From Tubulanus polymorphus (lineage: Eukaryota; Animalia; Nemertea), in NCBI RefSeq assembly GCF_964204645.1, contig NC_134026.1, forward strand, positions 21,982,150-22,046,149: a stretch of 64,000 bases of DNA, in the 5' to 3' direction. Positions within the stretch are counted from its first letter, which is position 1, and the number at the start of each line of letters is the position of its first letter. Of the stretch, positions 14,445 through 27,251 are shown in pieces. Below the pieces are notes generated by a model that saw only the letters and a list, made by a program, of their open reading frames with translations, did no database searches and was not told the origin of the DNA. Position numbers and translations under genes: made by a program.

Positions 14445-15743
14445 TAAGTTTATCTTTAAATCAGACATTAAAATGATACAGACAAGAAAAGTTAACATTA
14501 ACATTATTAGCATAATGATCGGTTTTATACCTGTTCACAGGAAACCAAAGAGGGAAACACCTAGTAATTATTGCCTTCGGTTAACATACAAATTATGTAG
14601 TTCTATAATGCATTAATGAACGTGATAAATGTTCAGGGGAAAATCAAACTAGATTCCTTTATCTTGGAGGTAAAATGATTCACGATAACGGACACCGCCC
14701 TGTTTTATATCAAATTCAGGAATTTTCAATATTGAATAGGAATAGCCAAAGGACTGTCTTCAATATGAACAACCCATATCCGAAGATTCAGATCATTTTG
14801 CAACTGTGACAACAAGAATGCTTTCACGCTATGTTAGAAATGCGAACATTAGAAAATCGATAAGCTGATCAACACTTTGAAATCGAAAATTTGAAGTGTG
14901 TTTTCCCAAACCTTATCTATAAAGGAAGTCATTCAGTTATTTACAATCTACCCTTCATCTCAATCAAAGTCAATAACGAAGTTCAAAATTTATGCATACA
15001 AGCAAATTGAGCAATATCAGACTAGAATATGCAATTTCAGAGATCTGAAGTTCGCGATATATAGAATACTTCATAGAATATGTCAATAAAAGTAGGTTTT
15101 TGGAATGATAGCTAAACAAGAGCGTCATAAAAATTGGTGGGCTAATCGCCACTGTAAAACGAATGGGCCATCTCTTGCGTGAAGGCTTATTTTTGGCGAA
15201 ATTTTCATACATATTTTTAAGTCATATGAACTAAAGACCCCTGCCGAGAAAAATCCACAGTCCGCGATCTACGTCTATTTTAGCTCGCAGTGACAGCGTT
15301 TAGAAACCCGCCGAGCAGGAAATATCTCTTTCTAGTCGCACAACAAAAATTTCCCATTCGAATTGAAAGAATACTGAGACGACGTGTACTGTGCGCGAGC
15401 AAAACCAGGTTGAAGACGTTACTAAAGCATAGGGGGGGTAATTTTTTTAATTTTTTTCTATGTAACGTAACGTATACATAAGAGATACTACTGTTATTGC
15501 GGATCAAGTAACATACTTATGAAATCTTTAAAAAACAAATATAAAAGAATCGTGATATAAGATCGGATTACTTAATGTGTGGCATTTATAGTTTTTTCAG
15601 GAGTTACGCCTTACGATATTAGAAACTACAATAATTTCTAACTGCTAGTATTCATTCGATACAAGGAGAAAAAGCATGGTGCGTTGTCCTGTGCTTGTAA
15701 AACAAAGTGTACGGTAACCCAACCCATGTTCTGACCATTCTAA

Positions 15744-16113
15744 AGCTAGGGACACACGAGCGTATTTTTTCGCCTGATCGCGACGATTAAATTCGCCAGC
15801 GAATTCGCTGACGAAATTATACGCCCGATACGAGCGGGCACACATAGCGACTGGCACTTAGTGAGAGAGGGTTAACAAATCACATGATATCAACAATGCA
15901 TCCTATTGGTTGATAAAGATGGATCGCTCGATCCGATCGCCAGCGTAAATAATCGGCCAAAAATATCAAACATGTTTGATACGGGCGATTCGCCGGGCGA
16001 TCGAGTCGGCCGACGAAATCGTCGTCGCCGTGAGTGGCCACACGAGCGAATTTTTCGGGCGATTTATAAATTCGCCGCGATCGGGCAAAAAAATCAATCG
16101 TGTGCCCCTACCT
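15744..16113. mobile_element. CpG-rich MITE, PIF/Harbinger-like
   Basis: ~50-bp imperfect TIRs (agctagggacacacgag...ttttttcgcctgatcgcg versus cgcgatcgggcaaaaaaa...tcgtgtgcccctacct). TAA duplicated on both sides. Confidence 0.8.
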
Positions 16114-16237
16114 TAAGCTACAGTGCCATCCAATGCCATCACCATGCAGTCATAGTCATAGTCAGAATGTCGCAATATTATAATTTTTGCTAAATTTCAA
16201 ATATTACTTAATTTGGTTCAAAATTTAAAAGTTTTCA

Positions 16238-17060
16238 AGACCTAGCATCATAGGCTATATAACATAACAGGGCAGACCTAGCATCACAAGGCTGTGTAAC
16301 ATAACAGGACAGACCTGGCATCATAAGGTTGTATAACATAACAAGACAGACCTGGCATCATAAGGTTGTATAACATAACAGGACGGACCTGGCATCATAA
16401 GGTTGTATAACATAACAGGACAGACCTGGCATCATAAGGCTGTATAACATAACTGGACAGACCTAGCATCATAAGGCTGTATAACATAACCGGACAGACC
16501 TAGCATCATAAGGCTGTGTAACATAACAGCACAGACCTAGCTAGCATCATAAGGCTGTGTAACATAACAGGACAGACCTAGCATCATAAGGCTGTGTAAC
16601 ATAACAGGACAGACATAGCATCATAAGACTGTGTAACATAACCGGACAGACCTAGCATCATAAGGCTGTGTAACATAACAGGAAAGACCTAGCATCATAA
16701 GGCTGTATAACATAACAGGAAAGACCTAGCATCATAAGGCTGTATAACATAACAGGACAGACCTAGCATCATAAGGCTGTGTAACATAACAGGAAAGACC
16801 TAGCATCATAAGGCTGTGTAACATAACAGGACAGACCTAGCATCATAAGGCTGTATAACTTAACAGGAAAGACCTAGCATCATAAGGCTATGTAACATAA
16901 AACAGGACAGACCTAGCATCGTAAGGCTGTATAACATAACAGGACAGACCTAGCATCATAAGGCTGTATAACATAACAGGAAAGACCTAGCATCGTAAGG
17001 CTATGTAACATAAAACAGGACAGACCTAGCATCATAAGGCTGTGTAACTTAACAGGACAG
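16238..17060. repeat. 37-bp minisatellite, about 22 copies
   Basis: Unit gacagacctagcatcataaggctgtgtaacataacag repeated head to tail (agacct at 16274 and 16311). No unique spacers. Confidence 0.97.
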
Positions 17061-19182
17061 CTTATTTTTTGCAGCACTCAAAACCAATTCAGGCCTACTG
17101 TTCTTTTTTCAGAGGATTTCGCAAAATTCTTAAATCCTTTATCGATGTTTTGATCAGGATTGCAACAATCAAGAAATAAGATCGCCAGCTGTATATGAAC
17201 CTTTGAACCGATGACAAAAAATGGCATTTTGCCGCACTGTGGTACTTGGCATAAGCAGGATTGAAGCTTCGGGGCTTCAGTTATCCATCAGCAACATCAT
17301 AACCGGCATCAGGACACGAGATTAAATCATAGCAGCTATAACAGACCGGATAATCCAATTTGCCAGAAGGGCCATTTATGAACACAGAAACATGAAGTAT
17401 ACCATACCATAGAAAAAATGAGCTCCATACTCTACCATAAGCCAGGGGCAAGGAGATAAGACTCTGAGAGTGGAGTCTTATCGTTTGCTATAATTCAACG
17501 GAATCCACAGCCCCGGTTACAGAGTAGGATCGGCCAGGGTTTATCATATTAAAAATGATCGACAAAACACATTCAACTTAGCAGAAGTTTTCATCAAGTC
17601 ATCAAACTTGAAAATAGCAAAAAAAGCAATACAATAAAAATCAAACCAACACCATATCTATTCATTTGGTTTTCCCTCCATAAGAAAGCATCATTAAGCT
17701 GTGAGGTTTTAAGCTTAAAACCCAGTACATACAGAATTTTAAAAATTTCATTAAAAAGAAAATTAGAATCGAAAGACACGACATTTCAAACTCTTGCTAA
17801 AGATCATCGTCAGGTGTTGGATGATGGAAACAAGTGTGAAAGCGAAAAGAATTGTCATCTCAATCTAACGCACAACTTTTGAGCTGTTCATATGTTTCTA
17901 ATTTTCATTTCTAGATCCGTATGGTTTTACGCAGAAAATGCATTGCTGACCATAAGTTGGCAAGAAATGCGCTTGAAAAGCGATTAGTAATGCTCGTATC
18001 ACTAACGTAACACGGATAATTTGAACTCTTGATTAATTGCGTATTCCACATACTTAATAATAATGGAATTTGAAAGTCGTGCACACAAGTAAACATTGTC
18101 ACCGATCAGAGATATTCAACTGTAACTGGTGTCTAATCAGCTTAGTATATCAACATAGCTATCTATATCATTAGTTATCTATACGTTATCCGGATTTTCG
18201 TCGTCATTTTGTCGATGGTCCATGTAATCTGTATGAATTAATATATCGCGGTTAATATCATATCTCTCTTATCAGACAGGAATACCTACTTTCTCCACGC
18301 CCAACAAGATAATGACCGGTTTGGTTATGTCGTAATATACTTTATATACTTTAATATGATCTTTAAACGTCCGATTCATGACGTTACATTTATGATATCT
18401 ATCTCCAATATGCAACAATAACATATTTTCAAATAATTGAACACAACGCAATGATAACTTTTCAAATCAAAACAAAAAAAAAAAGACAGTATCCAAATTT
18501 CAAAAGATCTTGACCTGGATCTGTTAAAAGTAGATGGTCATTGCTCTTTCATGAATTAATTGTTCCAGGTTTCATGGGTCATGAATTCTAGCCGATACAG
18601 AATTTCTTGGTTGAAAGTTTTTTTTCTGACCTCTCATCCACAGGTCACAGATATAGAAACATGCTAATATCAAATCCTGAACAGATGCCAAATGGCTTTA
18701 TAAATGAAAACATTGTCCATTGATTTCCTAATATGGTAATCTAGTCCTGGCAAGATCAATCGCACCATCTACGATATCTCATTTCTCATTGAATCGCGAC
18801 GAAGGTAATTTATTACGTTTCCGATTCATATTTTGTTTTTCTTTCTAAACTGCTTGGTTATTTTCCGCGTTATTAACCAAATCAGTGGAACAAAAGAAAC
18901 GAGGGTCTTAAAAAGACATTTCAATGTCATAACCAGTCATGGAAGTTTTGAACAGCCAATTAAGGATAAGTCGAAACCAGCTCAGTTGTATACAGATTAA
19001 CATAAGGTTCAATTTAAGACAATTGATTTTGTCGGTGACCGCAAGTGTTCGCCACTTCGGGATGCGAGCCTAAAGAGCTCTACAAGACATTCATAAAGAA
19101 CTAAAGAACCTGTTATTAGCGCTGAATTCCAGACATCCATTGGGAACGAAGGGTAATGTCACCACTAGTAAACAGTGAAATA

Positions 19183-19284
<102 letters not shown>

Positions 19285-20060
19285 CATAAATATAATGATA
19301 TAATGCGCTAGCAAAACATGATGATCAGATCGTCAAATTACTAAGCGGTAAATAATAAAGTCCAGAGCGATATTAACCTTTCTATCTATATGAACTAGAT
19401 AGTATTGATCTGTTGACTTTGATTTAAAGCGATCCCAATTGAATATAACCCGTTTGTGGATTTCATTATTAGCACACCCGCAGCAAACGCAATCAAGTCT
19501 GCACTTTGCAACCGGGTGAAAACCTATTACAGTGAATTGAATTGGAATTCATATTGGTTAGAAATGAGAGAGGGTACTTTCTATATATAGTTCACTAAGT
19601 TTGGTTGCGAGTTCAATTCGACGTTCAATTTCTGATACAATAGATCCCCTGGTGGACCCAATAATCACTCAAAGACTTTCCAGTTTCCCTGATTATCGAC
19701 TGACGTATACCACCCAGTAAAACATAGACATTAAGTTCCAAGTAAGTTGAAGACAAATACAGAAACTAACAACGGGGAAACCACGTCAAAACCAAAACTA
19801 TCACCGATGCAAGATTAGTTTATTTTTCCAAGCACTTAGCCAAAGATCTGCTTTTGTTGACGAGATGCCATTAATTTTCTGTCCCCTAAAGCATGTGATG
19901 AATATCCCACCCATCCTAAGGCGAATTTCAGAATATAAGCCTACTTAATATTTGATATTTCATGTCACATTCAATTGGACGATTCTCAATTAATAATGAT
20001 ATTCTCGCGACTTTCAATCATTGAAGTCTGCAAGGTAATATTTTGATGCAAGGGTTTTTG

Positions 20061-20288
20061 AACCAAGCCAAATTTTTGCCCGGATAATGTACGGCCAACC
20101 GTTGACACTGGTGCCAAAATGAGTCCAAGCCTGTTTGACACGCCGGACCAGCCCCTATCAAAATCTAGAGGTGACTCATTACATCACACTTGCCACAGCA
20201 TCAATTCAGTAGCATTTTAAGTAATGGATTGAGTGAATTACGTGTGAACTGATTAGGCACTGGTCGAATTTGAGTCCGATCGCAGCTA
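20061..20288 (-). mobile_element. MITE family A, degenerate copy
   Basis: gccaaatttttgccc, ggtgccaaaatgagtccaagcctgtttg, gagtgaattacgtgtgaac and a terminal gatcgcagcta resemble family A. Confidence 0.55.
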
Positions 20289-20449
20289 AAATCTAAGCTA
20301 CCGCACTCAGATGGGGGGGGATGGATATCTACTATTAGACGCTTGTCCAAGTGTAACGCTATTGAAAAAAATAACTAATTACAAGATGCGAAATTCAAAC
20401 TCAGCTCTCGCACAACTTCAACTTCACACGTATCTATCTATCAGCTTAC

Positions 20450-20538
20450 CGTAAGTTCGCTAAAGTATGTCTACGACTTTGAATACTTCGACTGTGCTGC
20501 GCTTTCAAATCGCGAATATCTCCGAATTCGGCCTGCAT
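20450..20538 (-). CDS. Pde4: PDE4/dunce alternative first coding exon MQAEFGDIRDLKAQHSRSIQSRRHTLANL(R)
   Basis: aagATG at 20538, 89 nt, CG|GTAAGC donor (phase 2). Strong resemblance to the recalled Drosophila dunce isoform start MQAEQGSIGDLQKYHSRYLKNRRHTLANVR, which is followed by FDVENG. Confidence 0.92.
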
Positions 20539-21400
20539 CTTGAACAAAACCTCACTCCGCTCGACTGCGTCGTTAACAATTTCATTAAACGAATAAAAAA
20601 ATCCACGAAATCTGATCCGTTCACTCGATCTGCGCTCTCCGTCAAACCGAACGTGACGATTTATCAATACGATGATATGTCGACCGATCGATCGTTATCT
20701 AATAAAACTGATAACGGCCATAAATAGATCCGTTCGTTCGATTTTCTAGGGAAACCCGATATTAGCGAGAGTGTCAACAAATCGGGACTTGTGTTTTTTA
20801 GCGGTAGGAAGATCTGATAGTTTAGTCCGTTATAGAAATCCGCCTGCCTGGCAGTACGTAGACAAACCGCGACGAATCGACATAACAATAATCCAAATTC
20901 GAATCGCGTCGTTCGTGTTAACTTTAGTCGGCGAAAACCTGTTTTTTTTTTTCAGTCCAGTCACTGGGACGACATGGTCAAAAACAAAATCGCGTATTCA
21001 ATTGCGCGAGAACGTGTGTGCAATCGTACAAATGCAGCTGATCGACACCATACATATACACTGCTAGAAATGTGAGTGTGCTCGAGTTGTGCATGTGTTT
21101 ATAGCCGTCATTTATTTTCTGCCAGCACTAGTGACATCTGGATGCACATTGAAATACTGACTGTAACAGCCGCAAAATCTAAGTGCGGACAGAATTATCT
21201 TGTCTCAACATTTCTTCGTTTGATTCCGTCAGAACACGCGCTGATTAGTCCGAATTTTGAATCAACAGCTCCATTTTTTCAAAGTAGAAAAATTAGCGTG
21301 AAAAGGAGCGTAAAAATTCAATAACCTTTCCAACCAGGCGGTTCTAGAAAATATATATATCCGAACTTTTGCTCGGAGCCAGATTCGTTATCAAAATTGT
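20539..21400 (-). promoter_or_regulatory. 5' UTR and putative promoter of the MQAE isoform
   Basis: Extended CpG-rich tract directly upstream of the ATG. Inr-like TCAGT on the minus strand at 21160-21156. Confidence 0.5.
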
Positions 21401-22328
21401 CAAAGGTTTCCATATATACTTTTACTTATTAAAAACATTGAGTATCATAAAAGAAGTGAACTAGAAGTCACAAATCTGAGATTGATTTTTTTCATCGTAC
21501 CCAGCTATGAATTGCCGACGGCAGATAAATTTCTAACGAAAGCCTATCGATAAAAGTGATGCATATCTATAACGGACTAGGCTAAATAGACATACGGCGT
21601 CAAGTCTATTCAGAGGATATTCTCAGCCAGACTTACTTGAAACCCTGACTAGATGGTTCATGGAGCGAGCCTGTTTACTGATACAGCACTACGAGCTTGA
21701 CAATCATGTAAATGCGTAAATTATATCATACTCGAAGGAAACATCAATTACTAATTAATCATATTAACAAGGCAGTTAACCATTTCATCTCCATTTCTCT
21801 CTGATCATAACAACGTAATTCTCATTTATTCATTATCTTTCAATCTCCCGCCCCTACGCACTCCCTACACATGCTCCATCGTGAAAGAAAAAAGAAACAA
21901 GTGGAAGTTGGCCTCTCGATGACACTGGTAGCATCTGTTCCTTCTACAAAATATCGGTAACAAACTATCATAGTAACTATACGCTGTTAATTAAGCGGGT
22001 GTTTCCTCAAAATAATGAAAATATATATATATATATATATATATTATACATATACATTATACATATATTTTGGCGCAAACAAAAGCCCTAAAGAGCAGGC
22101 AAGGCAGAAATTGATTGGCACTTTTATTAATTTATATGCTTCCTTAAACACATCATCCGTCATAATCGGAAATTTCCACCCTAAGGCCATATGTCATCCG
22201 TCTAACGTCTGCTGCCTGGGAAGAACACCACAGAAAAATAGTTGTTGTCGTTATCAGGGAGGAAGTAGTCATTGGTGAGGAAGCAGTGAACCGGGAAGGT
22301 TGGGCGAAGTAAGTGAGTAAGAGCGGGA

Positions 22329-22441
22329 ACAGTCATCAGGATCAGGGAGAATGGGGGCAGTCATCAAGGAGAATGGGGGCAGTCATCAAGGAGAGTGGGG
22401 GGCATTCATCAAGGAGAGTGGGGGCAGTCGTCAAGGAGAAA
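22329..22441. repeat. 22-bp G-rich tandem repeat, 4-5 copies
   Basis: Unit gggggcagtcatcaaggagaat/agt. Confidence 0.85.
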
Positions 22442-23323
22442 GGAGTTGTCGAGGAAAGGCAGGCGCTGTCATCACGCCATAATTGGCACAGTGTCGAAAC
22501 AGCATTTTAGGTCTTCGTCTTTACAGGGATTGCGCCGCTTATATGTGTATATTTTGTCCTAAGATAGGTTTTGTGTCCATAACTAGCGTATTTACACCAA
22601 AAAGTTTTATTCACGCATTGATTAAACAAGTTGAAAATAGCTAAGATTTTCTATGTATTTTCGACACCAACAAGAGTCACTCAGATTTCATACATATTAC
22701 ACATAATTATAGAATGGATTAAAAAGTTCTGAAGTTCTCGCTAGAAAAAAACCTCTATGGTTTCCACTGGGTTTTTGTTAGCAAATAGAAAGGGAGCGGT
22801 CATCGATTGATAGGGAGGTGGTTGTCAAGGAGCAAAGAGGAGTCAGGAGAGGGGAACAACGATCAAGCAAGAGGGAGCGCATTGGAGCGAGTAGGGAGGT
22901 GTGACGCAGTTGTCATTGTCGCGTATTCGGAAAGGGGGAACGAACGGAAACCCATCGGGAAGGCGGTTCTCGCATCTGCAGTAAGAACGATAATGAATAC
23001 ACGCGTTACGGCATTCATCATCGTTAAACGTACGACGCTAATTCGTGATAAATCATTCGAAAACATGAATATTTGATAAATATTCGATATACGAAATAGA
23101 TATATTACATGGAGTCGCGGTGACAGAATGCTATGATTTATTAGAATAAGATCGCTACTTGTCCCCGCTAGCAATTTCTTCCATTTTTCTAATCTGTCTT
23201 ATCGGTAATAAATGAACAGAACTGACGTTGACAGCATTTTCATGGCACATATTCCGGACGTGATACACAGTTGAGGTTTCGGGTGAATGTTTTTTTTCAA
23301 TCCCAACCGACCGATATACAAGA

Positions 23324-23452
23324 CACGATCATACAGAGACGATTTGGCCCGGGATAACTTGGCACGGATCAGGCCCAACCAAATTTGGCCCGTGCCTAAT
23401 AAGTGAGAGCATCAACAAGCAAACCACTCAATTGATACTAAACAATGCTTAA
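23324..23452 (+). mobile_element. MITE family A, left part, broken at its internal TTAA
   Basis: acgatcatacagagacgatttggcccggg...ctaaacaatgcTTAA, followed immediately by family B. Confidence 0.85.
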
Positions 23453-23720
23453 CCCTTTCAGTGCTGACTTATTAATACCCTATAGGGCTGGAGATAATTT
23501 GTAAAATTATGTATTATTCCACCCTAGTATGTTGAACGAGGAATACCACTATAGTACGTCTACACCATAGCGCGTTACTGATATTTCACTATGTTTGACA
23601 GGTACTGCCATATTTCAAGAGAGATAATTACTAATGACATCAATACACTGCAGTGCAGTGTACTAGCAAAATCCATCACTGATTTATACACCGCACTGCG
23701 GTGTAGATGCACTGAAAGCG
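23453..23720 (+). mobile_element. MITE family B, piggyBac-like
   Basis: TTAA-ccctttcagtgc...gcactgaaagcg-TTAA. Collinear with the copies at 42574 and 44864. Confidence 0.9.
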
Positions 23721-24118
23721 TTAACTAACGTCTCATGAATAGACTGCTGAATTGAATCAATAATATCACAGTCTTGTAGCTCTAGTGACGTGTTCCTATC
23801 CAAAATCTGTCAAATAATAGCTATTTACCACCTGTTCCGATTTCTGAAAACGTCCTACCTGTCATTTTAATGAGCACGCAATGTAAGAAATAGATCATTT
23901 TCATTATTATTTATACACATTTCAATGAACGCTTACAACTATTATGAGATAATGAGTGAACTGATCGCTATTTGTCTGTCCACTTAGTAATTAGATGTGT
24001 TCTCGGCTACACGATAATTTCCTCCTGATTCCACGTTGTAATTTGAATTGAAGTGAAAATATATTAATTATTAACAATGGAATATTAACTATAAGCTAAT
24101 ATAATGAACATCCTTTAT

Positions 24119-24298
24119 TACTGCGATCACGATCGCCTTTTTCTGGTACAACTGTCCATATGGGTGCCAAATGGGCCCGTGCCTGTTTGGCCCAACCAAA
24201 AACGTTGGACCAGGACCAAGGAAAATTTTAGCACCGGACAAACGATTGCGTTTGAATTTGTAACAGGTTCTGGATATGACACATTTCGCTTTGTTTAA
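24119..24298 (-). mobile_element. MITE family A, right part, inverted, ending at the same internal TTAA
   Basis: ctgcgatcacg...gggtgccaaatgggcccgtgcctgtttggccc...ttcgctttgtTTAA. Confidence 0.85.
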
Positions 24299-24655
24299 AT
24301 GAAAACTACCTACAATCCAAGTTGCATCCCAAGATTAAGTGAAGTTTGCTGCCTCCCCGTAAACGATGAACCTGTGCACAACGAATAGAACGAGCAGGCT
24401 ATCATCATAAATCCGCTAGTTCATATCATCGTGAGCTGTTCCATTACGAAATCATTCGTCGTTTCGTGATAGATTTTCCACAAGTGTCAAATACTGATAA
24501 AATGCTTGACGCCTAAAATGACAGTGTAATGATGTGTCGACAGCGAAGTCGGGCGGTAAGGCTATTAGGGTGTAGTTGGATGATATGTTAATACTTTCCA
24601 TACTCGCGTAACAGTAACAACAGACAACACCAGCATCAGTGAGCCTTAGAAATGA

Positions 24656-25200
24656 AGCATCGTGATCACACGACAATTTTTGACCCGCGCCAAATTTGGT
24701 TTAAAAAAAACCTCAGCCTAGGCCCACACCATATTTTAGCCCGGGTACAGTATATTGCGTGTATAGCTGTGATCACACAAGCGTTTTTGGCCCGTGCCTT
24801 GTTTGTTCCCACCAAAAACGTTGGACCAGGCCCGAGCCAAATTTTAGCACTAGACAAATGATTGCGTTTGAATTGCAACTGGTACCGGAAATGACCTACT
24901 TCGCTTTGTTTGAGCATTGTTTAATATCGAGTGAATGGTTTGTGTGTGAACGCGCTCTCTAATTAGGCATGGGCCAAATTTTGGCTCGGGCCTGATCCAT
25001 TCCAATTTGGCCCGCGCCAAATCATCTCCGCGTGATCGCGGCTTTAATTGCAACTGGTACTGGAAGTGACTCACTTCGCTTTGTTTAGTATCGAGTGAGT
25101 GATTTACATTTGAACTCGTTCTCTTATATGGCCTAATTTGACTGGGGCCTGATCCGGACTAATTTCCCCGGGCTAAATTGTCACCGTTTTATCGCAGCTG
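24656..25200 (-). mobile_element. MITE family A, nested pair (younger copy 24764-25044 inside an older copy)
   Basis: Inner copy tagctgtgatcacac...gtgatcgcggctt is flanked by TA/TA. The outer copy resumes at attgcaactggtac and ends atcgcagctg. Confidence 0.85.
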
Positions 25201-26550
25201 ACATGAAGGAATCTGAAATCTAGTGAAATTGAGATTTAATCTTCTTGGCTCAAACCACAACCCCATCTTCTGACGTGTCATTTTTAATAGTGCTTACAGC
25301 TTAGTGGCCATCATGAAGGTTTAAAGCCGGTATTAATGGGCCATTACCTCCGACAGATTGGATATATACTATGTCATATTGTAGACCACTGTTATTTCAC
25401 GAATTTTCTTGAATTGATTATTCTTCTTTTTTCGAGCAAGGAATCATCGATCAAGAGTCTCGCTGCAGATATGATTTAAACCGATGATCTCTCTAGACCA
25501 AAGAAACTATGACACAGATGCAAATCTGGATCAAATTTGATTACGAGAGTTGAACATTGAAGAATAAACTACGTGGCCTAAAATGCATAACTGTGTAGAA
25601 GCACAGGAATCAAATCTTGGAACCTGGAATCAAATCCTCAACTAAATCAGTGGAACTGGATTCTGCAGGTGAAAGCTAAGGCTTAAACTGCATAACCACT
25701 GATGATATAGGTACTGGTAATATTCACACTTACCTGCGTATTCAATGAAACGATCATGTAGTTCATATATGAAAAGAGAAAGAAAATAATAAGTTATCAA
25801 CAAATCAATCAATCAATCAATAAGTCTGAAAGTGATTTGTTTTTCATCGTATTGGACTAAAATGGTTCATTACAAGGCAAATCGAAATGGTTATTATATA
25901 TGGCAAACAATTTCCGATGAATTCTATGAATTCTCTGCAGTCTGGAATGTCGAGATGTAGGTACGATTCTTCTTCGATACGTGATTAGAAAACTCGCGAC
26001 GAATTCCATTCCAATTTCATTCGGCGACCGTCAGCGCCGCGGGGCCGTTCGAATCCGTGCTTGATGAGGACGATAAACTACCTTGACAACACTGCGCTCC
26101 GTCGTCTTATAACTTAAAGCTCAGTTCGATTTCGCCTGTTGTCGACGGCGCCGAGCATTGATTGCAATTTCACTGCGAAATCTACCACGCGCACACGCAA
26201 CTGTAACGATCTGGATGGATGGATGGATATCCATTTTGATTTTAGGCGGTTTCTATAGATTCGTACGCGTATTCGTGAATCGCGTGCATGATGATTTGTA
26301 TTTCGCACTTGGGTTTATATACGGCAGTAATAAATTGAAATCTAATTCAGGTTGAACCTTACACGAATGTAACACACGCAAAACACAGATATTCCTCGAC
26401 CCCCTCCCACCGCCCCCCGGGTATTTCTTATGCCTTTGAAATCTGAATCACGAGATGACATTCTTCTGAACTATAGCACGCAATATTCATCAAATTTTAA
26501 TCACGTAGCTTCGATGGCTTGAAACAGTTGCAGATATGATATGTATATGA

Positions 26551-26790
26551 ACCTCGATCACATGAAGACGATTTGGTCCAGATCAGACCTGAGTCAAGTC
26601 TGGCCCATGCCTAATTAGAGAGCGCGTTCACTCGTAAACCATTTACTATAATAAACAATGCTCGACAAATGTTCGAATCTTTTGGTTCAGCCAAATTTGG
26701 CCCGAGTTAAACAGGCACAGGCCCATTTGGCACCTGTGCGAATGGTATGAGCCTAATCCCCGCATAGGCCATATTTGGCCAAAAATGCTC
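26551..26790 (+). mobile_element. MITE family A, internally deleted copy
   Basis: cgatcacatgaagacgatttgg...gcctaattagagagcgcgttcac...aaacaggcacaggcccatttggcacc. Confidence 0.8.
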
Positions 26791-27243
26791 ATGCAAATAT
26801 TTACAACTGAAACTGTAGGCAGAGTTTTGGTACAGCTTTGTTTGTCAGTCTAAGTAAGTTGTTTACGAAAAAATTTGCATCCTTAATTGGATTTCCAGCT
26901 TTTCTGTCAGGACAGCTTATCTGATAAAGATTCAGATGTATATATATATATATAAATGTATATATATCTCAACAATTAAGATTGACAAAGATGAAGGCAT
27001 CCATCAGCATAAAAAACGTGATCAGTACACTTAAAGGTTAATACTATTTGGAAGGTTGATGCTATTTGGATCGCCGCGCATTTTCGCCTGATCCTCAATA
27101 CATTTTTTCGTAGAAGCCACACATCCTGTTGAATTTCCGTCGATTGCTTAAAGACTCGGCCATAAACATTAAACACCGCAGCTTCATCGTCGCGCGTTGT
27201 TTTTCGACATTTTCCGCACTCGAAAAATCGGCGTAAACATCCC

Positions 27244-27251
27244 TGACGTCA
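27244..27251. promoter_or_regulatory. canonical CRE palindrome TGACGTCA
   Basis: Exact motif inside the CpG-rich patch at ~27050-27800. A single 8-mer is close to chance expectation. Confidence 0.25.

Noticed and set aside
16238-17060. CRISPR-like array (37-bp repeat length)
   Set aside because: Units are contiguous with no unique spacers, there are no cas genes, and the context is a eukaryotic intron.
25734-25790. Strong minus-strand CAG|GTAAGT donor with a short ATG frame
   Set aside because: The ATG frame ends in phase 0, the phase-2 frame has a stop, and the upstream pyrimidine tract lacks an AG. It could only be an unsupported UTR exon.
25943-25963. miR-1-like 21-mer tggaatgtcgagatgtaggta (17/21 to recalled miR-1)
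   Set aside because: No convincing complementary arm within hairpin distance. It also forms a plus-strand AG/GT-flanked 20-mer, which shows that microexon-like patterns arise by chance.
26030-26060. Pol III B-box-like gttcgaatcc (tRNA/SINE)
   Set aside because: No A-box or cloverleaf and no second copy seen.
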